64,000 nucleotides of DNA from contig CAWDYC010000004.1 of NCBI GenBank assembly GCA_963806535.1, positions 32,001 to 96,000 of the forward strand, in the 5' to 3' direction. This DNA is from Candidatus Bathyarchaeota archaeon. Lineage in GTDB: Archaea; Thermoproteota; Bathyarchaeia; Bathyarchaeales; Bathycorpusculaceae. Position 1 is the stretch's first letter; every line of letters begins with the position of its first letter. Under the pieces are notes generated by a model, which was given only the letters and a program-made list of their open reading frames with translations, made no database searches and had not been told where the DNA came from. The position numbers and the translations under genes are program-made. Of this stretch, positions 31,333-40,268 are shown piece by piece.

Positions 31333-31957
31333 GTAAGGTTTTAGTTATTTGAATTAAATTAAGGTTAGAGTTAGGATTATTGGAGCTATTAAGGTTATTA
31401 GAATTAAGATTACTATTGCACTGACTTATACTATCATACTTACTCTTAGATTTACTTAATGATGCACTAAAAAAAGGTCGGCTAATTTTACGTGGTTTAG
31501 ATATGCTTAATTTGCCGTTAGATTTGATTTTTAAGCTTGATTGGGCGGTTTTTGGTTTAGCGATTACCTTAAGCAATCGGTATAATGGGCTAGTATATAG
31601 CGTTTTTATGGCTTTTTTATAATCGTTTCTCACGCGGTAATCAACGTGAAAACCCAGCTCATTAACGATTATGTTATTTGCTTTTATGAACTCTTTAGCT
31701 TCTTTGCCGACTGCTTTTAAAAATGTACAATTAAATATCCAATATAGTTTGTGTTCTGGGTCAGCTTCACTGAAATGCAAAAGTTTCTTCATGCTATCAT
31801 CTTTCTTAAAATATGTGTCGGGTTTAGTGTTGGTGTCTTCCATTATGGCAAAATGTTTTCTTTCATGGTAGATAAAATGGTCTACTCTAAGCCCTTGACT
31901 TATTGGATAACCATGTTCGCTAAAATCGTTTGATTCTACAATTAATCCTAATGCCAT
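31304..31957 (-). CDS. Hypothetical protein, possible PD-(D/E)XK nuclease-like domain, N/S-rich tail
   Basis: GLRVDHFI...FAIMEDTN pattern; low-complexity C-terminus. Confidence 0.55.
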   Translation of the reverse strand: MALGLIVESNDFSEHGYPISQGLRVDHFIYHERKHFAIMEDTNTKPDTYFKKDDSMKKLLHFSEADPEHKLYWIFNCTFLKAVGKEAKEFIKANNIIVNELGFHVDYRVRNDYKKAIKTLYTSPLYRLLKVIAKPKTAQSSLKIKSNGKLSISKPRKISRPFFSASLSKSKSKYDSISQCNSNLNSNNLNSSNNPNSNLNLIQITKTLHVHKRASKK

Positions 31958-32000
31958 AAGAACAATTCATTTTTCCTTAAGACCGTTTAGTCAAAAGGCT

Positions 32001-32210
32001 ATGGAGAGCGGAGATTTTCTTACCTACATGCTAACAGCTAAAGGTGACATCCGCGCAGACATCATAAGTGGACAATTCAGTTGCGGAATAAATGACGATA
32101 CAGATGCTAAAAGAGACCTATTAATTGACCAACAATTTTTAGAACTTGAAGCAATTAAAGAAAAGCGCAAAAAAGAGTTTGCAGAAAAGGCGCTATCAAA
32201 CCATGATTAA
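32001..32210 (+). CDS. Small hypothetical protein
   Basis: 69-aa ORF, first of a tightly packed plus-strand run. Confidence 0.55.
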   Translation: MESGDFLTYMLTAKGDIRADIISGQFSCGINDDTDAKRDLLIDQQFLELEAIKEKRKKEFAEKALSNHD

Positions 32211-32307
32211 CTGTGTCGTATGTAACTCTCAATTTGTGCCGATTGAGGGAGAAGATGTTTGCTCAAAATGTCGGCATGATTTCCGAGAGTTTGTTAAATC
32301 TTGGTAA
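32203..32307 (+). CDS. 34-aa zinc-finger microprotein
   Basis: MINCVVCNSQFVPIEGEDVCSKCRHDFREFVKSW; two CxxC; overlaps the previous stop. Confidence 0.6.
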   Translation: MINCVVCNSQFVPIEGEDVCSKCRHDFREFVKSW

Positions 32308-32325
32308 TCTTTAAGCTGTGAGATT

Positions 32326-32526
32326 ATGACATACGAACAAGTAGTAAATCATAAAAAAGACCCTATAGAACATGTTAGAAATTTAGAATATTGTCCCAAG
32401 TGCGGACGTACATTAATGGAACTGGATTTGAATGCTCCAAACGGAATCATAAACGACAAAAACGATGAGTTCCCATCTCTTAGATGTACAAGCTGCGGTT
32501 TTGTAATCGCTCCAAAAATTTACTAG
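32326..32526 (+). CDS. Zinc-ribbon protein
   Basis: CPKCG...CTSCG. Confidence 0.7.
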   Translation: MTYEQVVNHKKDPIEHVRNLEYCPKCGRTLMELDLNAPNGIINDKNDEFPSLRCTSCGFVIAPKIY

Positions 32527-32538
32527 GTTGATAAAACA

Positions 32539-33078
32539 TGACTGAAAATTTTGATAATCCCAATAAAGTAACAATTAAGGTGGACACCTCATTAATTGAG
32601 GAAAAATTTGAGGCTAGTAGAAGCTTTGCTTCAAAAGGAAGTTGATGAATTGAAAGAGTACAAATTGCAATCACGTAAAAGCGCTTTATTACCCAAATAC
32701 CAGGATGAAGCAACAATTCAAAACATTGATACACTAGAAGCAATAAGCGAAAAAGAAAGGTTAGAACAACAATCAATTCCTAAAAAAGTATATGGTAACG
32801 TACCGCCAAATTCAACTCAAGGCGGTCAAGGCGCTCCACAGAAAGGTTTTGAATCATACCCAGAAATGTATCTTAGCTTAAAAAATAAAGAAGCCATTGG
32901 AGACCCAGAAAGCAAAGCAATTCTTGATAAGATGTTTGGTAAAATGCTTCAAGAAACCAAACAGTCAGGTATGCCCCTTAACATAGGTGACTTATCAGGT
33001 TTTAGCGACTTACCACTATCTCAATTACTGACAGAAAATTTTAGGTCAAAAATAAAACTATCAGGTGTTTTAGAATGA
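32539..33078 (+). CDS. Hypothetical coiled-coil protein (probable frameshift near 32600)
   Basis: ATG at 32539 (MTENFDNPNKV) probably joins the 32596 frame; stop overlaps the next gene start. Confidence 0.55.
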
Positions 33079-33449
33079 AAGATATGAATGGAAAATATTA
33101 TATAAACTCGGTTGATGCACAAAACAATCAATGTAAAGATTACGCGCTTGAAAAGCATGGTTGGGTGGAAAGTTTTTCATCCTATGTTGTCATTGAGGGT
33201 GAAACTCCAGTCTGGATTCCAGAGAAAGGTTTTCCTTCAAAGTTGCGGCAGAAATCTAGCTATTTGAAACGCGTCTTTTCTGTTTCTGCTCCTAAATGCC
33301 CAGTTTGCGCCGAGAAAGCCGAAAGAAAATTAATTAAAACGGCTGACTGTGCAAGGCTCAGAACGCTTTCATTGAAAACTGGTATCTACGTTCGATTTTT
33401 CTGTGGGGGTAGCAACGGCGGCGGCGATTTCGTAACTTGGCTTAGGTAA
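33075..33449 (+). CDS. Hypothetical Cys-containing protein
   Basis: 124-aa ORF with CPVC; ATGA overlap with the upstream gene. Confidence 0.55.
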   Translation: MKDMNGKYYINSVDAQNNQCKDYALEKHGWVESFSSYVVIEGETPVWIPEKGFPSKLRQKSSYLKRVFSVSAPKCPVCAEKAERKLIKTADCARLRTLSLKTGIYVRFFCGGSNGGGDFVTWLR

Positions 33450-33623
33450 TACTGATTCACCATGCTATCATTTAATCAGTGAAACTTTAATCTCTAAAGA
33501 AGAAATTTTCAATTTGTATCTTGAAGGCAAAATAGATTGGATTCGTGATTTTGCAATTTGCTTGATGATAGAGGAAAGGTTAGGAATCAACTTATGACCT
33601 CTACAGTCTAAAAATTAACGGTT

Positions 33624-33740
33624 GCGGGGTAGTCAAGTTTCTTCAGCTATCCCGCGCCAAGTCCTTTCTCTTAAGCTGTAGGTAGGATTACGGCACATCG
33701 TCATACACCACCTTTTGCCGTAATTCCTACCTTAAGCTGT
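33624..33740. other. Two GC-rich hairpins; the second is flanked by 10-bp direct repeats CTTAAGCTGT
   Basis: GCGGGGTAG/CTATCCCGC; AGGTAGGATTACGGCA/TGCCGTAATTCCTACCT; direct repeats at 33670 and 33731. Confidence 0.7.
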
Positions 33741-33778
33741 TGAAAAAATTGACTAATGTAAGACAAAAGAAATTAGAT

Positions 33779-33883
33779 ATGCCTAAAGATTCAACATGTC
33801 CTTATTGCGGAAATGAAATTAGCCCAGCTGAATTTAGGAACTTAGGCGTTTGTAAAACTTGCTCAATTTTGAATTTCAGTTAA
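33779..33883 (+). CDS. 34-aa zinc-finger microprotein
   Basis: MPKDSTCPYCGNEISPAEFRNLGVCKTCSILNFS; two CxxC. Confidence 0.6.
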   Translation: MPKDSTCPYCGNEISPAEFRNLGVCKTCSILNFS

Positions 33884-33891
33884 TTTCGCGG

Positions 33892-34068
33892 TTATATATA
33901 CTCAAGTTGTTTACCGCACATAGGGCAAACTATTGGATATGTGGTTTGTTTCATCATTAATTCAAATGTGCAAAGAAAACATAAGTAAATTTGGCATTTA
34001 GGACAATACTTGAAGCCACCGCCAATGAATTTTCCACATGCGTCACATGGACGCGTTAAATCTACCAT
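33892..34068 (-). CDS. Double zinc-finger small protein
   Basis: CDAC, CPKC, CFLC, CPMC; TATA-like box directly upstream. Confidence 0.7.
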   Translation of the reverse strand: MVDLTRPCDACGKFIGGGFKYCPKCQIYLCFLCTFELMMKQTTYPIVCPMCGKQLEYI

Positions 34069-34291
34069 GCACATTTTGGCATTTATATATCATTTAAATT
34101 AGGCGTTGAAACGATATTCTTGAGGAGCGGAGAGCTAAGTGAAAGTGAAAGAGTGGCAAAAAAGCAAATGGTGGAGAAGTTATGATAAAGTCAAATCTCT
34201 TGAACAATCAATTGATCTCTTAATGTAGTGCCTGAACCTACGAAAGGGTCAAAAACCTTTTTAGTAAAATCAATGTTTATAATATTTTAAG

Positions 34292-34365
34292 CAGGGGTGG
34301 CGGGATTTGAACCCACGTCATAGGCTTAGCATGCCAATAGTCTGTCCGAGCTAACCTACACCCCT
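34292..34365 (-). tRNA. Atypical tRNA, anticodon GCU (Ser) with a short 4-nt variable loop
   Basis: AGGGGTG-TA-GGTT-AGCTCGGACA-GACT-A-TTGGC-ATGCTAA-GCCTA-TGAC-GTGGG-TTCAAAT-CCCGC-CACCCCT-G; U8, A14, G15-C48, GG, U33 and TTC conserved. Confidence 0.7.
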
Positions 34366-34510
34366 GCATTTCTTCTATTTGAACTCTTTTTTTCAGTCCT
34401 TCTGACTAATTTAAGCGATATTGTGTTGGGATTATTTAAAACAACCGAAATTTGCAAAAAAAGCGCAAGAGAGCAAAAACTAAAAGCTGAATTGCTCATA
34501 CTCGTTATGC

Positions 34511-35020
34511 TTGGCAGGTTGGAGAGAGAAGGTATCATTGAAACTTGACGATAACTATCTTTTGAGTCTTTTCTGCGTGACAATCTTTCTAATTCTGTCA
34601 TATAACTTACTTTTGTTTTCAGAGTTAGGGTTACTTGTAATTCCAGCAACTTTTGTTTTATTTGGTTATGTTCTTACGCTCATTTCTGCAACAAGAGCGA
34701 TTTATCCACAAGTCAGGAATCATAAATCTTACAAAATGCTAATGCTATTTGATGTTACGGCACTTGCTCAAATAGTTAGAAAGAAAATGAATGAAGTAAC
34801 GGGAGAAGGAAGAAAACATCGGCAAGATGCGATGGTCTATGGTACTGGTCTGCTTCCTTTTAGTGCCTTTTTCATAGCTACTTCAACTGAGGAAAAGACA
34901 AACGCCTTTTATTTCATTTTTTCAATTTCTTGGATTCTGTTTGGCTTCTCTATTCTTTTAATTGGTTATGGTTTTTATGATTCTGAAAAGTGCAGAAAAT
35001 GGTTGCATATTGACAGTTAG
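34511..35020 (+). CDS. Multi-pass membrane protein
   Basis: About 4 hydrophobic helices. Confidence 0.65.
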   Translation: MAGWREKVSLKLDDNYLLSLFCVTIFLILSYNLLLFSELGLLVIPATFVLFGYVLTLISATRAIYPQVRNHKSYKMLMLFDVTALAQIVRKKMNEVTGEGRKHRQDAMVYGTGLLPFSAFFIATSTEEKTNAFYFIFSISWILFGFSILLIGYGFYDSEKCRKWLHIDS

Positions 35021-35144
35021 AATCAAAAGCTTCAAGAAGAAAAATATTAGATGCAAAAACTTAAAATCGTATATCAAAAATTCATCAAATATAAATACTT
35101 AAACAGATAATATCGTGAAACTAACAAGATAGGGGTAGATAAAA

Positions 35145-35642
35145 TTGAAAAAATCCGTCTTACTAATTATTATTGGGCTATTGACAGTAATTTTATTTTC
35201 ATGTAGTGTACTAAGTGTAAATGCCTTACAATCGAATGAATGGAGTTGGACATATACTCTATCAAGCACAACGTATTATCAAGGAGATAGCGGAACTATC
35301 ACTATTACTTTTACAAGCAATTGTCCTGACCAATTGCAATTAAGTTCTTTAAGCGTTCAATTTGACTGGATGACAACACCAATCACTGAGACAGTGAATT
35401 CACCATACATTGCAACTGGCAATCAATATACTTTCTCTGCCATTAGTTTCAGCATTCCTTCCGATGCAACCGTAAAAATAAAATTAGGAATTATTTTTAG
35501 CTCGAAACCGCCTTATGTATTGCTTTTTGGTGTTTTTGCATGTATTTATAAGAAAAATATGGCAAAAAGCGTAATTATTCGAAGCAATTGTTTAAGTTCA
35601 TTCATATTTTCTATATTACACACTAGTTTAAGATGGAAGTGA
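35145..35642 (+). CDS. Secreted Ig-like protein, probably 3'-truncated
   Basis: Signal peptide; S/T-rich beta domain up to IPSDATV, then sequence that looks non-coding. Confidence 0.55.
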   Translation: MKKSVLLIIIGLLTVILFSCSVLSVNALQSNEWSWTYTLSSTTYYQGDSGTITITFTSNCPDQLQLSSLSVQFDWMTTPITETVNSPYIATGNQYTFSAISFSIPSDATVKIKLGIIFSSKPPYVLLFGVFACIYKKNMAKSVIIRSNCLSSFIFSILHTSLRWK

Positions 35643-35646
35643 AAAA

Positions 35647-36686
35647 ATGAGCAACCAAAAACCGAAAGAAGCATTGAATTACAATTCATTGATAAAAAAA
35701 ATTGCTGAAAATGGGGATTTGTGCGTTTTAGGCATGAAAGGCTGTTGTAAAACGACTTTGTTAATGCACTTAGCGCGGACGATAAGAGAAGATAGCAAGA
35801 ACCGTTTAATCATATTTGAGACCTTCCCAAAATGGTGCAAGGAATTTGATAAAATAGCCTACATGACAATAAGAGACAGTGACATTCAAGAAAAAGAGAA
35901 TTTGCCGTTCTTGGAAGAAGACAAATCTTATATCATGTGGTCTAAGGATTTTACAGTTTCAAACGCTGAAGGAATAACGGAATTTCTGAAGACAAACAAA
36001 GACGTTCTTTTCTTAATCGAAGCTGAAGACATGGAGCGCATAAGCGCTTTCATGACGTTCATTATTTATAGCATCTACAGAAAGCAATACTTGAGAGCTA
36101 AAGCTGGAAACTTAGAGATCGTAATGAGAATTATTAGTTTATTTGTGAGGAAGCGCATAATTTACTTGATTCAACAGTTCTAGCTAAGAAGACTTTCAAC
36201 CGCTTAAGAAAGATGCAGGCGGAATTTAGAAACTTGAAAATGCATTTAATTTGTGTGACCCTTCGCTTACAGTCTCTTAGCCCTAAGATAAGAAGCACAA
36301 TGTCAATTTTATGCTCAAGAGTAAGCCTAGATGACTATCAGCTTAAAGTTCGTAATCTCTTAAGAAACAGCGAATACAGAGATGTTATTACAGAATTGCC
36401 AAAAGGTCAATTTGTCTTTCCAGAATTAGACCTTCTTTTGACTACAGAACCCTTTAAGCAAGTCGGCGCGCCTTATGAAGTTAAAGCACAGATTCAACAG
36501 TCACAACCACAAAAGAAAGTAGGCTTTTGGAAAGCTTTATGGAATTTCGAGAAAGCCAATTATGAAGCGGGCAAAAGAAAGTATGAAGCTACACACGGCA
36601 ATCGAGAACCCTTACAAAGTGAAGAAGAGCAAGAATCTGAAGACGAGGAAATGGACGATTTACTTCTTGGAGAAGTAGATGAATAA
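35647..36686 (+). CDS. FtsK/HerA-superfamily P-loop ATPase (frameshift near 36140)
   Basis: Walker A-like GMKGCCKTT; Walker B FICEEAH in the shifted frame; arginine finger EFRN; hydrophobic strand + TLR; acidic tail. Confidence 0.75.
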
Positions 36687-36887
36687 TTCAAGAGTTTTTT
36701 GTTACGTAACATTAAAAAAGGATGTATGAAGAAACATGAACCAAAACAACCAAAATAGAAAGCAGAATAGAAGGTAAAAGTATGATATTTGCTGAAGCAT
36801 CAAATATTAAAAACATAAATCTTTGCTTTAGAAATATCTTTAAATATAAAATTATTGGTGACTAAAGTGCACAGAAGGTTAACCTGT

Positions 36888-38516
36888 ATGCGAAGCGACG
36901 AAATAAAAAAAGGAATAGAAAAAGCGCCCCACCGAGCGCTCCTAAAATCATTAGGTTTACAAGACGATGACATAGCAAAGCCACTAATCGGTGTAGCAAA
37001 CAGCTACACAAACATCGTTCCTGGGCATATCCATCTCCGAACTATAGGTGAAGCTGTAAAAGAAGGCATCCTATCTGCAGGAGGAATACCATTCGAATTC
37101 AGCACAATCGCAGTATGCGATGGCATTGCAATGGGGCACGAAGGCATGCGTTACTCCCTACCTTCAAGAGAAATAATCGCTGACTCCGTAGAGATTATGC
37201 TTCAAGCCCATAGCTTAGACGGGCTGGTCATGATTTCAAATTGCGACAAAATCACCCCCGGCATGCTCATGGCAGCTGCAAGAGTCAACGTTCCATCTAT
37301 AATGGTTACAGGTGGACCAATGGCGGCAGGCCATCACCATGGGAAAAAAATAAGTTACTCAAATATGCCCGAAGCGCTTGGGCAAGTAGCCGCTGGAAGA
37401 ATGTCCAATGGTGAACTGCTTGAGATGGAAGAAAACGCTTGTCCAGGATGCGGTTCCTGTAGCGGAATGTTCACTGCAAACACGATGTCCTGTATGACCG
37501 AAGCACTTGGTTTGTCGTTGCCTTACTGCGCAACTTCTCTTGCAAATAGTGCATTCAAGCTTCGATTATCCAGAGCTACAGGCAAACAAATCATAAAACT
37601 AGTCAAAGATGACCTTAAACCTTCACAAATCCTGACCATGGAAGCCTTTGAAAATGCCATTGCACTGGATATGGCACTAGGAGGTTCAACCAACACAACT
37701 CTGCATCTGCCAGCCATCGCCAAAGAAGCAGGCTTAACTCTGCCGCTATCAACCTTTGATGCAATCGGCAGAAAAGTTCCCCACCTATGCAGTATGATTC
37801 CAAGCGGAGACTTTGCGCTTGAGGATTTGGATGCAGCAGGTGGAGTTCCAGCAGTTATGAATGAACTCAATGGTTTGCTTCACTTAAAACTACCCACCGT
37901 GTCAGGTAAAACTGTCGGCGAAAACATCAAAAACGCACAGGTTCTTGACCGAAATGTCATCCATTCCTTAAAAGACCCTGTTCACAAAGAAGGTGGCATC
38001 GCCATCTTAACGGGTAACCTCGCACCAAAGGGTTCAGTTATCAAGACTGCAGGTGTATCACCTAAAATGCAGAATCACACAGGTCCAGCCAAAGTCTATG
38101 ACTCAGAAAAAGAAGCCCTGACTGCTATCCGCGCCAACGAAATCAAACCAGGCGACGTTGTGGTCATTCGCTATGAGGGTCCCCGTGGCGGACCCGGTAT
38201 GCCTGAAATGCTATTTCCAACAGCAACCATCGCAGGGATGGGGCTTGCCGAAAGCGTTGCCTTAATCACGGACGGACGCTTCTCAGGCGCAACCCACGGC
38301 GGAAGCATCGGACACGTTGCCCCAGAAGCTTTCGATGGTGGTCCAATCGCGGTTCTCAAAAATGGAGACACAATAACTATCGACATTCCGAACCGAACTC
38401 TAAGAGTTGAGTTAACCGACAAAGAGCTAAACACACGTCTAGCAGCTTGGAAACCCAGATTACCAAAAATAACAAAAGGCATTTTGTCCAGATACAAGCC
38501 AATTTCAATTGAATAA
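36888..38516 (+). CDS. ilvD: Dihydroxy-acid dehydratase
   Basis: CDGIAMGHEGMRYSLPSRE, CDKITPG, CSGMFTANTM, LITDGRFSG. Confidence 0.97.
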   Translation: MRSDEIKKGIEKAPHRALLKSLGLQDDDIAKPLIGVANSYTNIVPGHIHLRTIGEAVKEGILSAGGIPFEFSTIAVCDGIAMGHEGMRYSLPSREIIADSVEIMLQAHSLDGLVMISNCDKITPGMLMAAARVNVPSIMVTGGPMAAGHHHGKKISYSNMPEALGQVAAGRMSNGELLEMEENACPGCGSCSGMFTANTMSCMTEALGLSLPYCATSLANSAFKLRLSRATGKQIIKLVKDDLKPSQILTMEAFENAIALDMALGGSTNTTLHLPAIAKEAGLTLPLSTFDAIGRKVPHLCSMIPSGDFALEDLDAAGGVPAVMNELNGLLHLKLPTVSGKTVGENIKNAQVLDRNVIHSLKDPVHKEGGIAILTGNLAPKGSVIKTAGVSPKMQNHTGPAKVYDSEKEALTAIRANEIKPGDVVVIRYEGPRGGPGMPEMLFPTATIAGMGLAESVALITDGRFSGATHGGSIGHVAPEAFDGGPIAVLKNGDTITIDIPNRTLRVELTDKELNTRLAAWKPRLPKITKGILSRYKPISIE

Positions 38517-38890
38517 ACCAAAATTAATAAACAAATATGAGAAAGGGCTGCCACATGCTCCCTTTTTTTACCAGAGGCTGCACATGCCCCTGCCATAGAC
38601 GTATTGGTAACTGTTCTGCGTTGAACCGAAGGGTTCTATTTTTGCTGTGGGTAAACGTCGTTTGTTTTTGTGTTTCCTTTGCTTTGTTTGAAATGTAATG
38701 TTGTTAATACATTAGTTTGTGCCCCCAACTCCAGATGTCACGTTTCCCTTCTCAACATGCCTAGCAGTTGTTGTAGTGCTGTAACTACTGCAAACACTTT
38801 TACAATTAAAAACTTCTATTTCTTGTGTACGCTTAAATCCAAGAACGTTACGATTCTTGATGAAAAAAATATCGGGTTGGAAGTGATTTT

Positions 38891-39241
38891 GTGGTTTGCG
38901 TTGAAGGTTTCCAATTAGATGCTACACAAATAAACGAAAAAAAACTCATTAAGGCATGGAAGACTATATCGAGCAAGCCACTGCCTAAAATTAAAGCACT
39001 CAAATTAAGCGATGAGGATTTTGAGCACATAATTCATCAGAGGCGCTGCATCGAAGATGAATGTCGAGAAATTGAAGAGTGGGGCAAAATTCTTCCAGCC
39101 AAAGGCACAGATGCCTGCGTCTTTAATGCTCAAGAAACCAAAGACGCCGAATACATCATACTGGTCAGGGAAAATCCATATCACAGTTTAGATGAAATTA
39201 TTGTCCACGAATTATCGCATATTGCGCGCGGAGACCTCTAG
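38891..39241 (+). CDS. Small HEXXH-motif (zincin-like) protein
   Basis: IIVHELSH. Confidence 0.65.
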   Translation: MVCVEGFQLDATQINEKKLIKAWKTISSKPLPKIKALKLSDEDFEHIIHQRRCIEDECREIEEWGKILPAKGTDACVFNAQETKDAEYIILVRENPYHSLDEIIVHELSHIARGDL

Positions 39242-40212
39242 CTCATTTTGTCAATAACCTCTTCAGCAAATAGTTTAAGCCCATCGAGCTTTGGCAACTC
39301 ACTGAAAAACAGCATAAAGCAGGTCACACCTAAATCGACATAAACTTTTAACTGCTCAATGCATTCATCAGCCGTTCCAGCCAAGACGTTTTTTCTAAAA
39401 TCTTCTAACTTGACATTTGCAGGCTTTTGCTCAGAAATCTTTTCATTTAACTCTTTATGGTTATGTGCAATTATCACTTGCCCGCCAGGCCAGCAGGATT
39501 TCTCAATGTTATTAAAATTTCTGCCAACTGCTTCGCATTGTTTCTTCAAAACCCCGAGTTTACGCTTATACTCTTCAGTAGATGGCAAGAAACCCCAATC
39601 AAACCTATCAGCATACGGCGCAGTCGCTTTCTGCATTAACAATTCACCGCTGCCGCCAACAGTTATAGGTGGATATGGTTTCTGCAACGGTTTAGGCTCG
39701 CAAACCGCATTTTTCAGTCGGTAATATTTTCCTTGATAATTTGATTTCTCTTGCGTCCAAAATTGCCTTATTACTTCCAACGACTCTGCTAATCGCTCAA
39801 TTCTAACTGTGGATGTTGAAAAATCAAAACCATACGCGTCGTGCTCGGCTTGTTGAGTGCCTGCTCCAATGCCGAATTCTAACCTGCCGCCTGATAAGAA
39901 GTCAAATGTTGCAGCCATCTTTGCAAGCAATGCTGGATTTCGGTGTGCGGTGCACGAGACCATCGTTCCCAATCGAATCTTGCTGGTTAATGAGGATAGT
40001 GCGGAAAGGGTTGTCCAGCACTCAAGAATAGACCAATCATTGTACATTAGATGGTCGTCTAGCCAAATTGAGTGATAGCCTAAACGTTCACACTCTAAAA
40101 CAATGTTGTGGATGAGATGGAAATGTTCGTTGGGCTCTTTAGCTTGGAATGTGTAGAATGGAAGGAACACTCCGAATTTGAGTTTGCCCAAGCCATGCCT
40201 CCAAGCTGACAA
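39238..40212 (-). CDS. LLM-class (probably F420-dependent) oxidoreductase
   Basis: WLDDH, RNPALLAKMAAT, SGGRLEFGIGAG. Confidence 0.92.
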   Translation of the reverse strand: MSAWRHGLGKLKFGVFLPFYTFQAKEPNEHFHLIHNIVLECERLGYHSIWLDDHLMYNDWSILECWTTLSALSSLTSKIRLGTMVSCTAHRNPALLAKMAATFDFLSGGRLEFGIGAGTQQAEHDAYGFDFSTSTVRIERLAESLEVIRQFWTQEKSNYQGKYYRLKNAVCEPKPLQKPYPPITVGGSGELLMQKATAPYADRFDWGFLPSTEEYKRKLGVLKKQCEAVGRNFNNIEKSCWPGGQVIIAHNHKELNEKISEQKPANVKLEDFRKNVLAGTADECIEQLKVYVDLGVTCFMLFFSELPKLDGLKLFAEEVIDKMS

Positions 40213-40268
40213 TTTATAAATTAAGGTTAATTGGGGGGCAGGAAAGTAATTAGGCTTTAGATAGCTGC

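Larger units (their letters stand above)
28948..36850. mobile_element. Integrative element (provirus- or plasmid-like), about 7.9 kb
   Basis: Tyrosine integrase at one end, AT-rich, dense small orphan ORFs, P-loop ATPase at the other end; separates two branched-chain amino acid genes; boundaries tentative. Confidence 0.75.

Noticed and set aside
34302-34314. GGGATTTGAACCC in the atypical tRNA matching the att core
   Set aside because: Generic tRNA T-arm sequence; the acceptor strand differs and the conserved arm is absent.
36130-36145. In-frame TAG before the ATPase Walker B, with the odd tRNA read as a CUA amber suppressor
   Set aside because: One missing T restores IISFICEEAH without readthrough, and the 7-nt loop with U33 places GCU, not CUA, at positions 34-36.
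38560-38880. Possible decayed secreted-protein gene after ilvD
   Set aside because: Fragments too short and interrupted to support a call.
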